In this document: positions 47,459 to 61,652 of the stretch, in pieces | How the letters are laid out: every line of letters starts with the position of its first letter | How positions within the stretch are numbered: the stretch's first letter is position 1 | Source of the DNA: Tubulanus polymorphus | Taxonomy: Eukaryota; Animalia; Nemertea | Direction of reading: 5' to 3' | Length of the DNA stretch: 64,000 bases | Assembly: GCF_964204645.1 (NCBI RefSeq) | Contig: NC_134027.1 | Span: forward strand, 7,100,485-7,164,484 | Notes under the pieces: generated by a model | Told to the model about the DNA's origin: nothing | Seen by the model: only the letters and a program-made list of their open reading frames with translations | Databases searched by the model: none | Translations under genes and position numbers: made by a program

Positions 47459-47610
47459 GATCTAAAATCGGGCCAAAAAACTGGAAAAATAAGAAATTCG
47501 GAGGTTATTACACTCCACGCGACCTTGAAGTGTTCATGCGCGGTAATATAGAGACGCTGTGTTGTATTGTGATTAATTATCGTTGTTAATTACGGCTTAA
47601 GACGTCTAAT
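47459..47610. promoter_or_regulatory. Probable bidirectional promoter between CHCHD3 and CFDP1
   Basis: Only 152 bp separate the divergent ATGs (47458 and 47611). Confidence 0.65.
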
Positions 47611-49270
47611 ATGTCCGAACTATTGCACCTGGATGATGGTGATGATGATATGTCGAGTGATGATGAAGATTATGTTCCAGATGGTGAGATAATTTCTGTA
47701 TTCTCTTGAAATCTAGTTTCTGTAAAACTATTTACCGACGAGAACCATTTCAATTTTGGTTGTTTCTAAATTAAAATGTTTATGTTATGCAGCCGGTGAA
47801 GCTGTAAGTGAAGAGGAAGATTCTGGAGAAGATGAAGGAACAGAACAGCCCATAAATAAGAAGATAAATTCAAAACAGCTTCCAGGAACGGCGAGGTAAA
47901 CTGGCCTGTATGGTGAATGAGAATAACAATAAGAAAGTAGAATAATGATATATTTCTTAAATCTTATATTGGTTGGGTCTAGCAAGCTAATCAAATTTAT
48001 TTTAGATTTTTGGATATGAGGGTATTTTTATCTGCAACTTATCATAATTTTTGTTGTTGTTAAACTGGCTCAAGGGAATGCAGTGACGTGCATTTACAAA
48101 GTGCATTTACAAATGCATCTAGTGCTTCATTCAATAATCTTTCAGGAAAAGAACTGGTGGTATAAGATTAGAAGGTGAATCAGAGAAAGATACTTGTGAA
48201 GATGCTCAAGAAGCAGAACAGCTCAGCGAGAAGATAGAGGCTGAGAAAGTACTGAAAAAGGAAGCAACTGAAAAAAAGAAAGCCGACAACTTGTGGGCAA
48301 GTTTCCTCGGTGATGTTGGGACGAAACCGAAGCCTAAAACTACGGCCAGTAATTCTAGCCTGAGTTCACTAACTTTTAAAGCAAAGGTTTGTATTTGTAC
48401 TAAATAATTAACTCCAACATATTTTTTTCAGTACATTTTATAGAAATATTTAATTATTGCTTTTTAGCCAGTTTCTACATCGATGTCATCGTCATTGAAG
48501 TCAAGTGAGGTGTCTAAAGATAAGAAAGAAAAAGTCACGATTACAAAAGTCTTTGATTTTGCTGGCGAGGCAGTTGAGTAAGTAGTCAATGAAATCAAAG
48601 CGAATGAAAGCCTTGTGTCTAGTTTCCTGTTCTGTATGGTTTTTTTTGAAAATTTTAGGATTACAAAAAAGGTTGATGCAGATTCAAAGGAAGCAAAAGA
48701 ACTTAGTGCTAGTAGTAGCTCTACAGAAAATGCTGGTGAAACTGTAAAATCGCCAATTGTGCCTGGGTAAGTTTTACATATTTTTGGTTCTGTGGGTTCC
48801 TAAAAGTATTTATGATTTTGCTATTGCAATTGTCTTTGTACAGGATAAAAAGACCCGCAGGTGGACTTGGAAGTGTCTTGGGCAAGATAAGCAAAAAACC
48901 TAAGATAAGTACATTGGTAAGTTTTTCAATGGGCAGTACAGTGTATAAGTGTAAGAAGTGGTTTCGATAAATTTTGATCAATTATGAATGCTCTACTGTT
49001 TCAGAACAAATCAAAGCTTGACTGGGATAGTTTTAAGGAAAAAGAAGGAATATCTGAAGAACTGCAGACACACAATCGTGGAAAAGAAGGGTAACTTGAA
49101 TTAATTCTCTTTTAGTGTCTTTTAAGATAGTATTAATCAAAGAAAAAACGTTACAGTAATGAATCTCATGAAATATTCATTTTAGTTACTTGGAAAGAAA
49201 AGCATTTTTAGAGAGGACTGATCTGCGACAATTTGAAATAGAAAAGAATCTTCGCTTGAACAAACGGTGA
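47611..49270 (+). CDS. CFDP1: Craniofacial development protein 1 (BCNT/Swc5), multi-exon
   Basis: Acidic start [37 protein letters not shown] domain [51 protein letters not shown]. Confidence 0.95.
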
Positions 49271-52151
49271 TATACGACTGTGCGCGTGAACTATCAACAG
49301 ATGGTGCTGACATCTATCGGAACTTTGAACAACTACTGTAAAAAGACTGTAACCCGCTGGAGTACTTAGGTGTTTTAAAGGGATTTTTATAGTAAAATCT
49401 TGATGAAATCAGTATTGGAAGCTTTATAGCTAGAATTTTATTTGTCAGCATAGGCCTCCTCAGTATAGGTTTGACTAGAAGTAAATATGAATTAATTGTC
49501 TATCTCTTAGTCACTCTTAACAAACTCTTTTTTATGTCCAGGGGAGCAAATATTCTGGAAATAGACACTACTGGTATGCGGTAATATCATATCAAGCCAT
49601 GAATATCGATTGTGAAATGTGAATTTTTTAATATAATCATGATGAATGTAATTCCTTTGTAATAAAATAGAATACTATTGTTTTCAAGATAAAATGTCGT
49701 TTGAAATTATTTTGATTCCGTTTAAGTCAAGAGAGAACTGGATGACGAGTTTATATGAGAGAATGCTTCAGAACAAGAAAGGAAACGACAGTCCCACTTT
49801 TAAAATGAATCTGACAAAGGAAGGATGGATGCTCGGTGGTAGTATGCAATCTCTTAACGAAATGTGGTAAACCTTGCCCTACTCAAACTGAAACCAGGAA
49901 AGGCTACTGTGGGAGCTAGATGATTTGAATCCAATTCCAGAAGCCAGAAGCCAAAATCCCTGCTTGGCCCAGGGCTAGTGTACAAAAGGGTTTGTCTTAA
50001 TCATTCATTTGACTACCAGTAGTCTCACAGCCAGCAGTCTTGAATATGAGAAATGGAAACAATAGTTTGACAATGAGACTTATGGGTAAGTATCTCGCGA
50101 CTTCTGATAACCAAGTCAACCAAAATATCCAATGATGAAGAAACAAATAGAATGTAACATGAACACTGATTACTTTTCATATAAATTCCAAACTTTAATG
50201 GAAATCTTAAAATGCCGAGTGTACGATGTGCCACTGATGCAAACAAGTTCACATATAATTTACAAATGTTTTTGTCATTTTCATATGATACAGCAGTTGG
50301 TATTTACAAAAATAAACATCATTCTAGAATTCACTACCATTCATTTGATCGTCATTAAAATCAGCATTCTATGTACAGCGAGAATAGAACTTCAACGTGT
50401 AAGTAAACTGAACAAAATTCTCATAAAAACGTATCAACAGATGAGCACTCAGTTAATAAAACTTTTTTGGTGTTTGAAGGAAATTCTGTTCAAAATCTTT
50501 TTAATACATAAATGTGGTAGTTAGTCTTTTTCACCGGAAAAAACAGGTTGGATTATCGCATAAAAACACCTGTTACTGTGCAAAAAACATCTGGAAATGG
50601 AAGCACCAATATCATTGATCTCTAATGCAACCGATATGTGACACATTGTATGTATAGATAGATGTAAGCAATCTTTGAAGAAAATCTCTTTGAAAAGCTT
50701 AGTCAAAAATAATCAACTACAGAAGTATCTCATCAGTAAAACTGCACACAACTAGTTCACAGAGAGATAATTAAATTCTATTTTGTACTGGAAGGAATGG
50801 GATTTCTTTTAAGTGCGCCATATTTATATCGACCAAATGAAAGATTGCAATCATCGATGAATGCACAGTAATAACATATGACTTCACAGTTCTGAGAATA
50901 ATAGCACAAATAAAAATGCCTAGAGTTGGAACAAAATATTCACCAATGTTCAATAACCAAATCTGACATCTTCAATTGTGCAAGCTTTAGTATTTCAACG
51001 AATGTAGGTTGAACACTAAAATAGCCAAATAAACAGACGTCTGATGTTCAACCACGACTTTTAGAAAAGAAGTCCCGATTGTCGCCCAATGTACTAATGA
51101 ATGATTTTGTGCATACTACTGATAGTATATACCCCAATTATGATATTCGTTTTCCATATTTTTTATTTCCAAGAACTTGATGATAATAGACAGGTCAAAA
51201 CAATTAATTCATAATGGTTTTATAACCTTTATCATCATACATCATCAGCATTGCTGGACTGCACCCTCTATAGACAGACAATAAGTATACATCATAATAA
51301 AACTCTAGTAGGGCTATATCAGTACAAGTATGAATATTTACGCGAAAGGTCTGTTCAAATAAGTTCATTGCACAAAACATAATGCTTGTAGTAAAACATT
51401 ATGACGATTCCCAATAAAACCAGATTTGATTAAAAAAAGATAGAAGAGCAATTAAAATTACACATATAAGAAACATTCATTGTTTCTGCAATATTCCTGA
51501 ACAGTTGCATTCTAATTAAAATACGTATTAACAAATATATTATCTAAATGTTAGATAAAAATGGTATCAGAAATATGCATGGAAAAACTTTGCATGTATG
51601 TGTCTATATCAAAGCAAGTACATGTATGAATATGTATAATAGAAGCCAGATATTTTTACTTTATTATAGTTAGTTATTGCAGGTAATTATTGCATATTTC
51701 AGGGGGATTATTACCGGTACGGTAACTGACAGTAGCCTAACTGATGTGCTGAGTGCCGGTTTATCAAACATTTCTGAATAACTAATGACCATACAACTGA
51801 GTATTTTCTAACGCTGACTCAAACCACATTAAAAATTCTTAATCTTACTCAGCATTCTCTAGTTGTTATTTGTAAATCACTAAATGTTGATAATGTGTAA
51901 TAATGATTTCAGAGATTGATTGTGTGATGAACTTTCAGTAGATTAGTGTATTCTTAACCAGCACATCTATCCCTGGTTAAAGAAACTTGTTAGAAAAAAG
52001 CTGACACATTTTAGATACTGAACGCGGAAAGATGCAATTATTTAGAACATTCAGTCATCTAATAAAATTAGGTATGTGTAGCACAGTAACTTATACCGCA
52101 GAAATCAAAGCAAAGAATGTTAGGAACAGTTTAAAATAGTTTTAATGTTTA

Positions 52152-54527
52152 TCATAAAGAAGCGCCTTTTGTGATAATTTGCTTCATCTCATTAACTGAA
52201 TGAGACACATCGACAATGCGATCAACCATTTCTTGAACCGCAGTAACTGATGGATAGGAAAACGTAGCGTGTTTAGTAGCCAATACTGTCTGCTTCAAAC
52301 ATTCACACAGATGATTAGCGCAGAGCATCACTTTGTTTTTGATTTCTAGATGGTTCAGACTGCGCGTCAGTGTGTCGCCGATGTAGACAATCTTGTGCGC
52401 GTTCAACAACACGAATTTGCTGTGCGCGACGAATATTTTCGGTGGGTGATTATATTCGATGCAATTCAAAAATGCTTCGATCGCATTCGTTAGGAGTCCG
52501 GCATGCGTAACCATCTGGTTCGAATAAAACTCTAATAATTGTTTATCTTTGGTAGTTAACCCTGATTCCGATACAGGTGAATTCTTACATTGAGCAGGTT
52601 CTTCAGTTATTGGCACATTTGTATCGACTGGTTTAAGCGATTCTTCTTCGACTTTTTCGAATTGCACTTTCTGTTGCGGAGTCAACGCGTCTTTAATTCC
52701 GCTTTTATCGAAATCAATTGAAATATTTTCTGTCTGACTATTTGCGCGTTCTTGGGCCTCGCGTTGTCGTTTTTCCAGTAACTTTCGCTCCATTTTTTCC
52801 TTCCATTCAAGCTGAACATAATCATCAGCCAACCATTCGCGACTATCGTTTTCATAGTCATTATCATCGTCTAAAGCATTTTCTTTCGATCGAACAGATT
52901 TAATCGGTGTCGATGATGATAGTGGTACATCAGGTTCCACAGCACCGATTGAAGTGTTCAAACTTGCATTGAGAGCCCTCATCTTAGATGGAGGAGTTGG
53001 TAACGGCCGGTCTTGGATACCCGATCGGTTTGGTGAATTACATCGCAGTCTTACCCCATCTGATATGAATTCATCATTTTTCAAAACCCGTTTGAATAAG
53101 AGAGATGAATTGCCTTGTATTACGGATACGAGAGTACGTAAATCAATGCTCACATTACGAGCACATGTCATAATCAGCGTTAGATCATCTTCGCTTTTCA
53201 AATCGATAACATCTTGCACTAATTCGGGAACTGACCAGTTCACATTTTCTTGATTTTTCACCGCTTTCGATACGGTCTGATGACACTCTAAAATCGGCTG
53301 CAACGATTTATAAAGCTTACGCACTAAGTTCTTATCGGCGGCTCGTGTCGAATTCGCCAACGCTCCCTGGCCAAAACTAACGAACTCCGTTAAACACGAT
53401 AAAAAGTGTACACACGCTTGTCGCACGTCGTAAATAACCGGCTCCAAATTCGCTCTTTTACGCCACGAACTGTTTATGAAACCCAACAACCGAGTCGTCG
53501 CCGTCGTCAGATCTTGTTGAACTTTGACTAATAAATCCATGGCAGCGTCGAGCTCGATCGGCAACTCATCGTACGGAATATTCGGCAAATCCGAACTCCG
53601 ACTTGAATCGTAGCTCGAAGTCGACATGCGACGTATCTGCTCCTCCAAACCCTCCAACAAACACTGCGCGTTGTCTCGCAACGGAACATCTTTAGTCACC
53701 TGAGGTGGTATATCGTAAACCGAGCCCATTTCACCTTTTTGCGCGCGGCCACCGACTAAACTTTTGTTCGGCAGAGTATCGTACGTATCCGGATCACCTG
53801 AACGTGCGCTACGAGATGAACCGGTAGCTCCGTCTACGGGAAGGTCATAATCATGATCGTCAATCTTTATCACAGATGTTTTAGGACACTCATCTGATTG
53901 TACTGAAACTTTCGTCGTTACATTTCGATCGACGCCGATGTGAGTCTTACTCGCCGGCAAGCTATCATAAACGCCCGAATCGAGATCGTCTTTCAATCGC
54001 AACGCGGGTGGCACGTCATATAAATCGGTGATCTGTTGTTTTTGACTGGGACTCTGTTGTTGAAGAATCGTCGTATTTTCTTCGGCGCAGATCTTTCGCG
54101 CCGGTCGCGGAATATCATACACTTCTTGCGGGACGACTTCGAATCCGAAACTCGATCTATCTGAACCGGCGTGTCCTTGACCTTTAAAACTGGTGTTAGA
54201 CGCGCTCGTGGACATCGACGCACCGGACCCGGTCGACATCACACTCGAACGGTTCGAATCGTAACCCTCTGAATTACGATGTTTCTGCGATGGCAAAACG
54301 TCGTACATTTGATTAGTATCCGGATTACTTTCTACAGATTTACGTTGTGACGTCGGCGGTACGTCGTAATTTCCCTGCGAGTCCATCGGCTGCGTTTGTC
54401 TATTTGGTGTTTGATGATGCATGGGACTGTTCCTCCTAGGCGGAACATCATAGTCACCGCCTCCAATAACGGGAGTTGGCTGTTTATCGTAAACAAAGAC
54501 ATTACCAACTTTTTGTGGCGTAAGGAC
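52152..54527 (-). CDS. BCAR1: p130Cas/BCAR1-NEDD9 family adaptor, large terminal exon (SH3 exon not seen in window)
   Basis: Phase-0 acceptor at 54527 (VLTPQKVGNVFVYD); many YDxP motifs, serine-rich four-helix bundle, RPLPTPP Src-SH3 site, DDYVQL, C-terminal FAT-like domain PPKIFVAHSKFVLLNAHKIVYIGDTL. Confidence 0.93.
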   Translation of the reverse strand, partial: VLTPQKVGNVFVYDKQPTPVIGGGDYDVPPRRNSPMHHQTPNRQTQPMDSQGNYDVPPTSQRKSVESNPDTNQMYDVLPSQKHRNSEGYDSNRSSVMSTGSGASMSTSASNTSFKGQGHAGSDRSSFGFEVVPQEVYDIPRPARKICAEENTTILQQQSPSQKQQITDLYDVPPALRLKDDLDSGVYDSLPASKTHIGVDRNVTTKVSVQSDECPKTSVIKIDDHDYDLPVDGATGSSRSARSGDPDTYDTLPNKSLVGGRAQKGEMGSVYDIPPQVTKDVPLRDNAQCLLEGLEEQIRRMSTSSYDSSRSSDLPNIPYDELPIELDAAMDLLVKVQQDLTTATTRLLGFINSSWRKRANLEPVIYDVRQACVHFLSCLTEFVSFGQGALANSTRAADKNLVRKLYKSLQPILECHQTVSKAVKNQENVNWSVPELVQDVIDLKSEDDLTLIMTCARNVSIDLRTLVSVIQGNSSLLFKRVLKNDEFISDGVRLRCNSPNRSGIQDRPLPTPPSKMRALNASLNTSIGAVEPDVPLSSSTPIKSVRSKENALDDDNDYENDSREWLADDYVQLEWKEKMERKLLEKRQREAQERANSQTENISIDFDKSGIKDALTPQQKVQFEKVEEESLKPVDTNVPITEEPAQCKNSPVSESGLTTKDKQLLEFYSNQMVTHAGLLTNAIEAFLNCIEYNHPPKIFVAHSKFVLLNAHKIVYIGDTLTRSLNHLEIKNKVMLCANHLCECLKQTVLATKHATFSYPSVTAVQEMVDRIVDVSHSVNEMKQIITKGASL

Positions 54528-57500
54528 CTGAAACGAAAAAATAAAAAAAATAATTTAAATCATTCATCTTTTTATGTATGGTGCAACAACCTGAAACTAA
54601 TGATTTTCAGTTGTGTATTCTTATTTCCTGCTTTTTTTAGCTATGTCTGCAATTAACGCAACAAAACAAATTCAGTTGTACATGAAGGTAATTGCGATGA
54701 ATTCATGCCATTCTAAACAAAGTAGCTATCATGATCATCATCATTATATTTTCCTCATATTTCCATTTGTAATGACTTCAGTTTGTGGCTTAATGCAAAA
54801 CGTCATTTTCTATTTTCGATGTTGCTTTTACAGACATGAGATAGCGTTGATGAGTGGTTGCTAGACTTGCAGGCCTCAGTTTGAAGTCTACCACAATAGG
54901 GTCAAACGTTTGTAGGGCTCGACTTTTTAAGTCTAAGTCATCAGAAAACGAAGCCGAAAACTGTTTTGCAGATGGTTGGAGAAAGGTTCTTTTTTAAATC
55001 ATCGTAACAAGACTCCTTCGGAGGCAGGAAAGGCGGAATTAAGATAATGATCAGATGGTTATGGTTGGTAAATTTGTATGATCAATTTATCTCGGTAAAG
55101 GCTATGACATAGACTTCCTGTGGCATCTCATATCTTCCTAAATTAAGTAGCCAAGTTTCCCTCTTGGTATTTTTTGACCTCATCTTTGATATCTTTTATT
55201 TGCTCGCTAATAATGCCAGAAGTCTAATCTATTGATCACACCCAAAGCATCTTTAAATCCGTCAAAAATTAATGGAAGAACACTGAGAAATTCACTCATT
55301 CAATCACTGACAGTTTGTCGTATTCGTGCAATTTTAACATTCCTTTGATCAAGAGCCATAAAAATAATATAACATTTATCAAACGCAAGCAAGGCTCTCA
55401 TGTAGAAGAGGCTTGGTGCGTTTCCACATATGAACACACAAGAATCTTTGTGAAACAATATTGTCAAATTGCCAATACGGTAATTAAAGAGGTATAAAAC
55501 AAAATCGGGTGAATTGGTGAATCTGGGACAATGCATTCATTATCTTGTTTCTTATAGATTTCAACAGCTCTGATATACACCGAACCTATTAATAAGAAAG
55601 TCCTAGAATATAACTACTTGAAGATTAAATGACAACAGTTACTTTTTCAGCCAAATGGAAAGATTTTCCTGCAGTTATCACTACCAGAAGGAATGAACAT
55701 GAATATTGTCTTTATCAAAATGTTTTACAAACAATCGGGTAGGAAAGCAATTGCCTTACTGTCAGATCAGATCTGCCCATACTTAACATTTTAGGTATTC
55801 TTTTGAACTTTTAACTTGTACGCATACAAAGTGAAGACCAAGAATTGTTCACTGCCATATCTAAATCAGTGCATAATATTTACCATGTTTTAACAAATCA
55901 AAAGTGCACATTAAGCTTAAGAGACTCTGATTTGATTTTGGAGAAAATGAAACTCCTGTTGAACTCCACACTGACGAAAAAAGAAAAAGTTGTTTACCTT
56001 GTCTTTAGTTTCCGATACGTTCTTAGGTGAACTGATTACTAGAGAATTGCGTTTCGAAGAAGAATCGGAAGATTTTGAGGTCCGTTGTTTTTTCTTAACA
56101 CCACAAAGCGGTATACAACCCCAGCTACTCATTATTCCGATCACAAAACGAACACAAATCAACTCATAACATTTCGAATTAATCCATGAAAATTCACTTG
56201 CGTTTTGAGTTGCGAGAACAACAACAACAACAAGCTACGACAAACTCCTCAACACATCTACGTCAAACTTTACTCCTAAACTTAGAAGTGAATAAACAGC
56301 CTTTGAATTCTTCCTCGAACACAATTAAAAGTTTGCCATTAATTTTCACTTAGCATTAAGCAAATCATCCAGGAGAGAAACGAAAGCTCGTTTGTTCACG
56401 TTATGTCATAATCAGTCGACTGCCAGCTGTTGGAAGTTCGGCGGACTGTCCCAGTCGGCAGCACAGCCAGCTATGAGTGCTCCTCGCTGAATGAATGAAG
56501 AGACTCAACGCTGACGGCGTTTATTGGAAATCTCTACACACACTTTACACACACACCACGACGAACCACAAGAAATACTCCTCGATCATATCCAGTCTTA
56601 ATGAATACTTAAGTCAATTGAAGTCATTTGTTGTTTATAAAATGTAGATATATAACATTATCGCGCATAGAAATTGAACACAGCGGATATTATTGCTGAT
56701 TGTGGATATCAAGTTGTCCTGCCATGAACTGATTGCTACGAGTAAAGTCCACATCGAGCAATTTGATCGCCACTAATAGCGAAAACGCGTGTCAAATGAT
56801 GAACGAACGAAGGAAACAACATCAGAACTCCATTCTGAGAAGTAGCTCTGGCTACAACAGGGTTAGTCACGTTATAACCAAAAGTATAATTTTTCCGCTA
56901 ATGTACATGTAGAGCTGTGTTTGTTTCTTCAAATAAGAGCGCGGAAACAAACTGAGCACAAAAAATAACAAACTTTGAGCACAAAAGATCCTCTCATTAC
57001 TTCTACATCAAAAGCATCAGTAAACGTTCTCTTCTTTCACAAAAGAGAGAAAAGAATTAAAAATTTATTTTGTAGCGCTTATTTAGTATTCCACGTTGCA
57101 GTCTAGTCTCAGTTCGGGCTTTTTTTTTAAAGTCTGGGAAAACTTGGTCTGTCTGTATCGCTGCATAAAAACATTTTAAGATATAGGGCAAGAGGCACTT
57201 TCAATGTTACATAACTCAGCAAATATCATACATTCTCTCTTTTTACTTTGGCGAAATATCAGAGTATAAGAAATAGTCCACAAGATTATAGACTTCTTTG
57301 AATAGATCTCCACACAATCAGTGAATGAAAATTTTCAAAATCTCAAGCAGTTTATAGATTTTAATGCGCACGTATGAATCATGCAGCGTTATCTTGAAAT
57401 CTTTAAAAATCAACCTCTCAACAACGAGATATAAAAGTGTGCGAATTCCAAACCAATGACAAATTTGAGTCGGAAAATAAGAAGCAGAATGGGTGTGTGA

Positions 57501-60500
57501 GATGTTATCCTTCCCCTCAAAACCACAAGTCAATAATATCTTGTCTATGAATATTTGTCTAGACACAGAATAGAGAGCCAAGTAGAACATAGGCTCAAGT
57601 ATTTCCACAAGGTCTACCAGTGTATGTCAATGAAATCAGAAAACATTGAAAACCGAAAAAGTCTTAACAAACATGTGAAAGATCACGACCAAGCTTAACT
57701 TTCAGTCGAACCGGTGGAAAATTCTGATAGGTTCATTCAACATTAGTGAGGATGGGCCTCATCATGGAGAAACTATGGGCAGTTAACAATAAGAAACTGA
57801 AGTGACCAGGCCTAGATAGAATGGAACTAAACTAAACATACAAAACTTGTGTGTATACGATCATGCAGAAAACTGAACTGGTAATTACGAATTCATCAGC
57901 TTCCATAATGAGATTTGAAGCGAATGAATAATTAAACCGACCGCAATGACTAAACTAATAGAGAATCATCCAATCATCATGATACAAGTTCAGTCAGTAG
58001 ATACCCGTCATAGCGAGAATACGTTCCATACATACACATCATTGATTAAAACTTGATTTCAAAAACTCGAATGCATCTCATCTTTCACAGATCCTTGTGC
58101 AACAATTCCCATATATTGGTTATTTGAATTGATCTTGTTGAGAAATAAATAGTGAAATTGTAATACGTATACGCGTAAATCTACGCAAAAAAATTCTTGA
58201 CTCATCAGTTCTTTCATAAAAGCAACAAGCTTTTAGGTTGTTACTAAACTCGAAATGTTCTTAAACGTCTTAAATGATACGTATATATACTCACACATCC
58301 GCATTGATCCATCCTTTTGCTGCTTCAGTTAAATCCAACTACCAACGAAACTTCTGATTTGTCCTCATCAAACCAGCAGGAGCATCACGGCATCACGGCA
58401 CAACGGCTGGCGAGCAGATGACTCACAACCAATACGAAGCAACAGACAGTTCTCAATTTCCTCAGAAACATCGCTTATCAGTCGCTATCAGTCGGCCAAT
58501 AACGTTGATGTAATTTGTATGAATAATGCCAGTAATCAACAGAAATCTGGATATTCTTATAGAAACGTCATAACCGCAATCTAACCCCCATTACGGGTAC
58601 ATGGCTTTTATAGAAGAAATGAAAATGGGAAAATGGATTGGATAAATAATTCAGTTTTGCATGCATGACCCAGTCGAGCATCGACTCCAAACAAGTAAAA
58701 TATAAAATGCCAAGCGGAAATTAAGTGTGTTTTCAAGATTTGCTGTCAAATCAAGATAAACTTAATGCAATGCGGATCAAATGTCACTAACTCATCCAAT
58801 CGGAACTGGGGACAACTTGACCCAGAAAATGAATGGGAAGGTTGAGCAAAAAAAACAACACGAGAAGCAGAAAAAAGAGTGATATACAAGTTTGAACTGG
58901 TCCTTTTTTACATCCAGTTTTACAGTAATCAGTTAAAAATAACTAGTTCTGAAATAAAATCTAACCTAATACTGCGAAATTGGGTCCTGCGATTACTAGA
59001 ATGTGACCTATTAAATCAGAAGACATGTCAATTGATTAGACATTCCTAATTCACATAGGCTTTAAGGAGTTCATCGTCAAAGGTGACAACCTTAAAACAA
59101 TAAATCAGAATTACTGGAAAGATGCTGACCAGGACAAATCAATCAAAAGTCAATCAGTACAACTTTGATTTTGGACGGCTCTGTTCTTCAGACAGCTCAG
59201 ATGAAGCATTTCTTCTTCTGCGCAATAAAGCTGTGATAAAGTGATAAAACCTTTGAAATACATGAAAGCAAGCATTAACATGAAAAACACCCTGGCATTT
59301 AATCATCATCGTGTATCCTTTAATTCATTCAGGAGGAAAAAACAGATTACGCTTTGAAGTGTATATCAGTAACTTCCAAGTACTTCTGAATGAAGTAAGG
59401 CTTCCGAACAAGATGAAATTAAGGAAGGCAAACAGTGTGCAATATTGCATGACATTTATCAATATGCAATGCAGTTATGACGCGGGCAGTTGACTTTCTA
59501 GACAATGAACTTCCTTGCTTCTTGTCGTCAAGGAAATGAACAGCTCTATGTCGTAGTGAAATAGACACATAAAGAACATTACACATCTAACAACAATATA
59601 ACACAGCAAACTCCAAACATCATGTGTTATATGTTATATGATAGAAGCATATCTGCATTGATTTACAAGCTACGTTTTCATCTAATTGGCCCTCAACAGT
59701 CATTGAAGAGGAGTCCACTGCTAGATGAGCAATGCAGGTCATAATCTGGGTTGCTTAATGCAGGGTTCAATTATTGGCATATTGGGCTTGTGTCCAATCT
59801 TGATGATCGGGACAATAGTATCTTGAAAATAGATGAAAATTTGCGGAGGACCCCTTGACTCACAAGCTATGTTCACACTGCTTTACTCTGAATTCAGTCC
59901 CTTCCAATTAGAAAAATAGCAAGCATTCACACTAGCCAAAAGTCTGTTCTAAAAAGTCTGTTCCATTTTAAGAGGGACTTATTCAGACCCGACCAAAAAG
60001 ACTGATCAAGGTCAGATATAAATTTCAAAACAGACAATTCCTGAATAGAAACATTATTCAAACTACCTGTCAATAATAGTGTCTAGCCACACTACTGATA
60101 ACAGCTGATATAAAATTCAAAAATGCATCTAGACATACTGCATTGATTTGGTCCATCTAAATTGGTAGTGTGAACGTGCAGCTATATGTGCAGTCTGATT
60201 TCAATTATCTGTGACAGTGAAATCTGATTGATGGAATCATCTGATATAGTGACACCTGATCAGTTCAGCGTGAGGAGGCTATTTGAGAAATAAAACATAA
60301 GCTGATGGAAAACCGAGTGAGTCAGATTTGCAGGTGTATTACACAGCTACATTCACTCTCACCTGCCATGCACACTAACTCAACATCTGCCGTTCACCTG
60401 CACATTTTTATGCTCGGAAATTGCATAAAATATGAAATATTTGATGCATATTTGCGCTATAGTAGGCTACAGTGAAACAAAACAAAACAATACCCACAGT

Positions 60501-61610
60501 CAGTGTTGAAACAAATAAAGGCTATAATAACTGGATCACTGACTGAATCATAACTGGACAACTGGATCTTATCGCAGAATAAAAAAACATGAGAACTTCT
60601 CGTACACTCAACCAGCCACGGATTCATCTATAAAATTCCAGATAAATATAACATGTTGTGTGTAAACCACTTATGATAACTGAAAACGAGAACAAGTATG
60701 ACTCAGTTTCGCCGATCAGTGGATGAGAAAAAAATAAGTCTGAAAAGCTGTCGAACGGTAACCTAATAAATTCGAACTTACCAAATGTGATTTGGCAGAT
60801 CGGTGCTTGACGTACATATCGACGACACTATAACGCGTCAATTGAATATGGACCAGTTTCTCTTGAAGACCGCTGCAATTCACTTAATCCGTCAAATGAT
60901 GCATGCAGTGCGACGCGAGTAATTATGTCAAATTATGACATGTACTCCATCGAAATCCGCCGGGATTCGACGTTCAAAGCCGTAACCAAGGAGGAGAATT
61001 GCATCGGCAGTTTCCATAGCTACTAATAGAACTTATTAGATCAGTTTTGTAGAAGAGTCGGCAAAAACAGTGTAAAATTTCATTAAAAGGAATTCGTAGA
61101 AATAACCGGTCGAGAGTGCAGTAGATAGCTCGATGAAATTATAATACTCGTCTAGAAGCATTTCGAGAGCTACTTTATTTGCAGCTAATTGTTCTCAATA
61201 TTGTCACTCATTGCTTCCTCTCATCCAAGCAAAATTAATGAAATGTGGTTGATTTAAGCTTCAAGTGTTCAATTATTGTAAAACCTGTTGTCATTCAACT
61301 GCATTTAGCTTCAGGGCTAGAATTTAGACTCTAAAGCAACTCCATAATAAGCCAGTCTCGGTTTTACAGTCATTGACTAAAATACAGCGCGATTGTATAG
61401 AATATAGAAATGACTGACAATCAGAATTTTCATCTAAGAATTTATAGACGTCAGAACGTTAATGTTAACAAGAAAACGTCAAAAATAAGCAGAAAGAAAA
61501 TGACTGAAGAAGAGTTGCCTTAATATAGGAGCATGGTGCCCATACAAGGCTGGCCATCAGTAAAAATCACGCCGAGTTGAGCTGAAAATACCCTCAAACA
61601 TCAATGCTAC

Positions 61611-61652
61611 CAAAAATACATAAAGATTGGGGGTCCTCTTTATGTATTTTTG
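61611..61652. mobile_element. 42-bp micro-MITE
   Basis: Perfect 16-bp TIR caaaaatacataaaga / tctttatgtatttttg, 10-nt spacer, 7-bp duplication atgctac (61604-61610, 61653-61659). Confidence 0.8.

Noticed and set aside
49300-52100. Short ORFs between CFDP1 and BCAR1
   Set aside because: AT-rich 3' UTR-like sequence without coding motifs or coherent splice structure.
54900-54950. Penelope-type hammerhead (ctgatga on minus strand)
   Set aside because: No GAAA after stem II and no closing stems.
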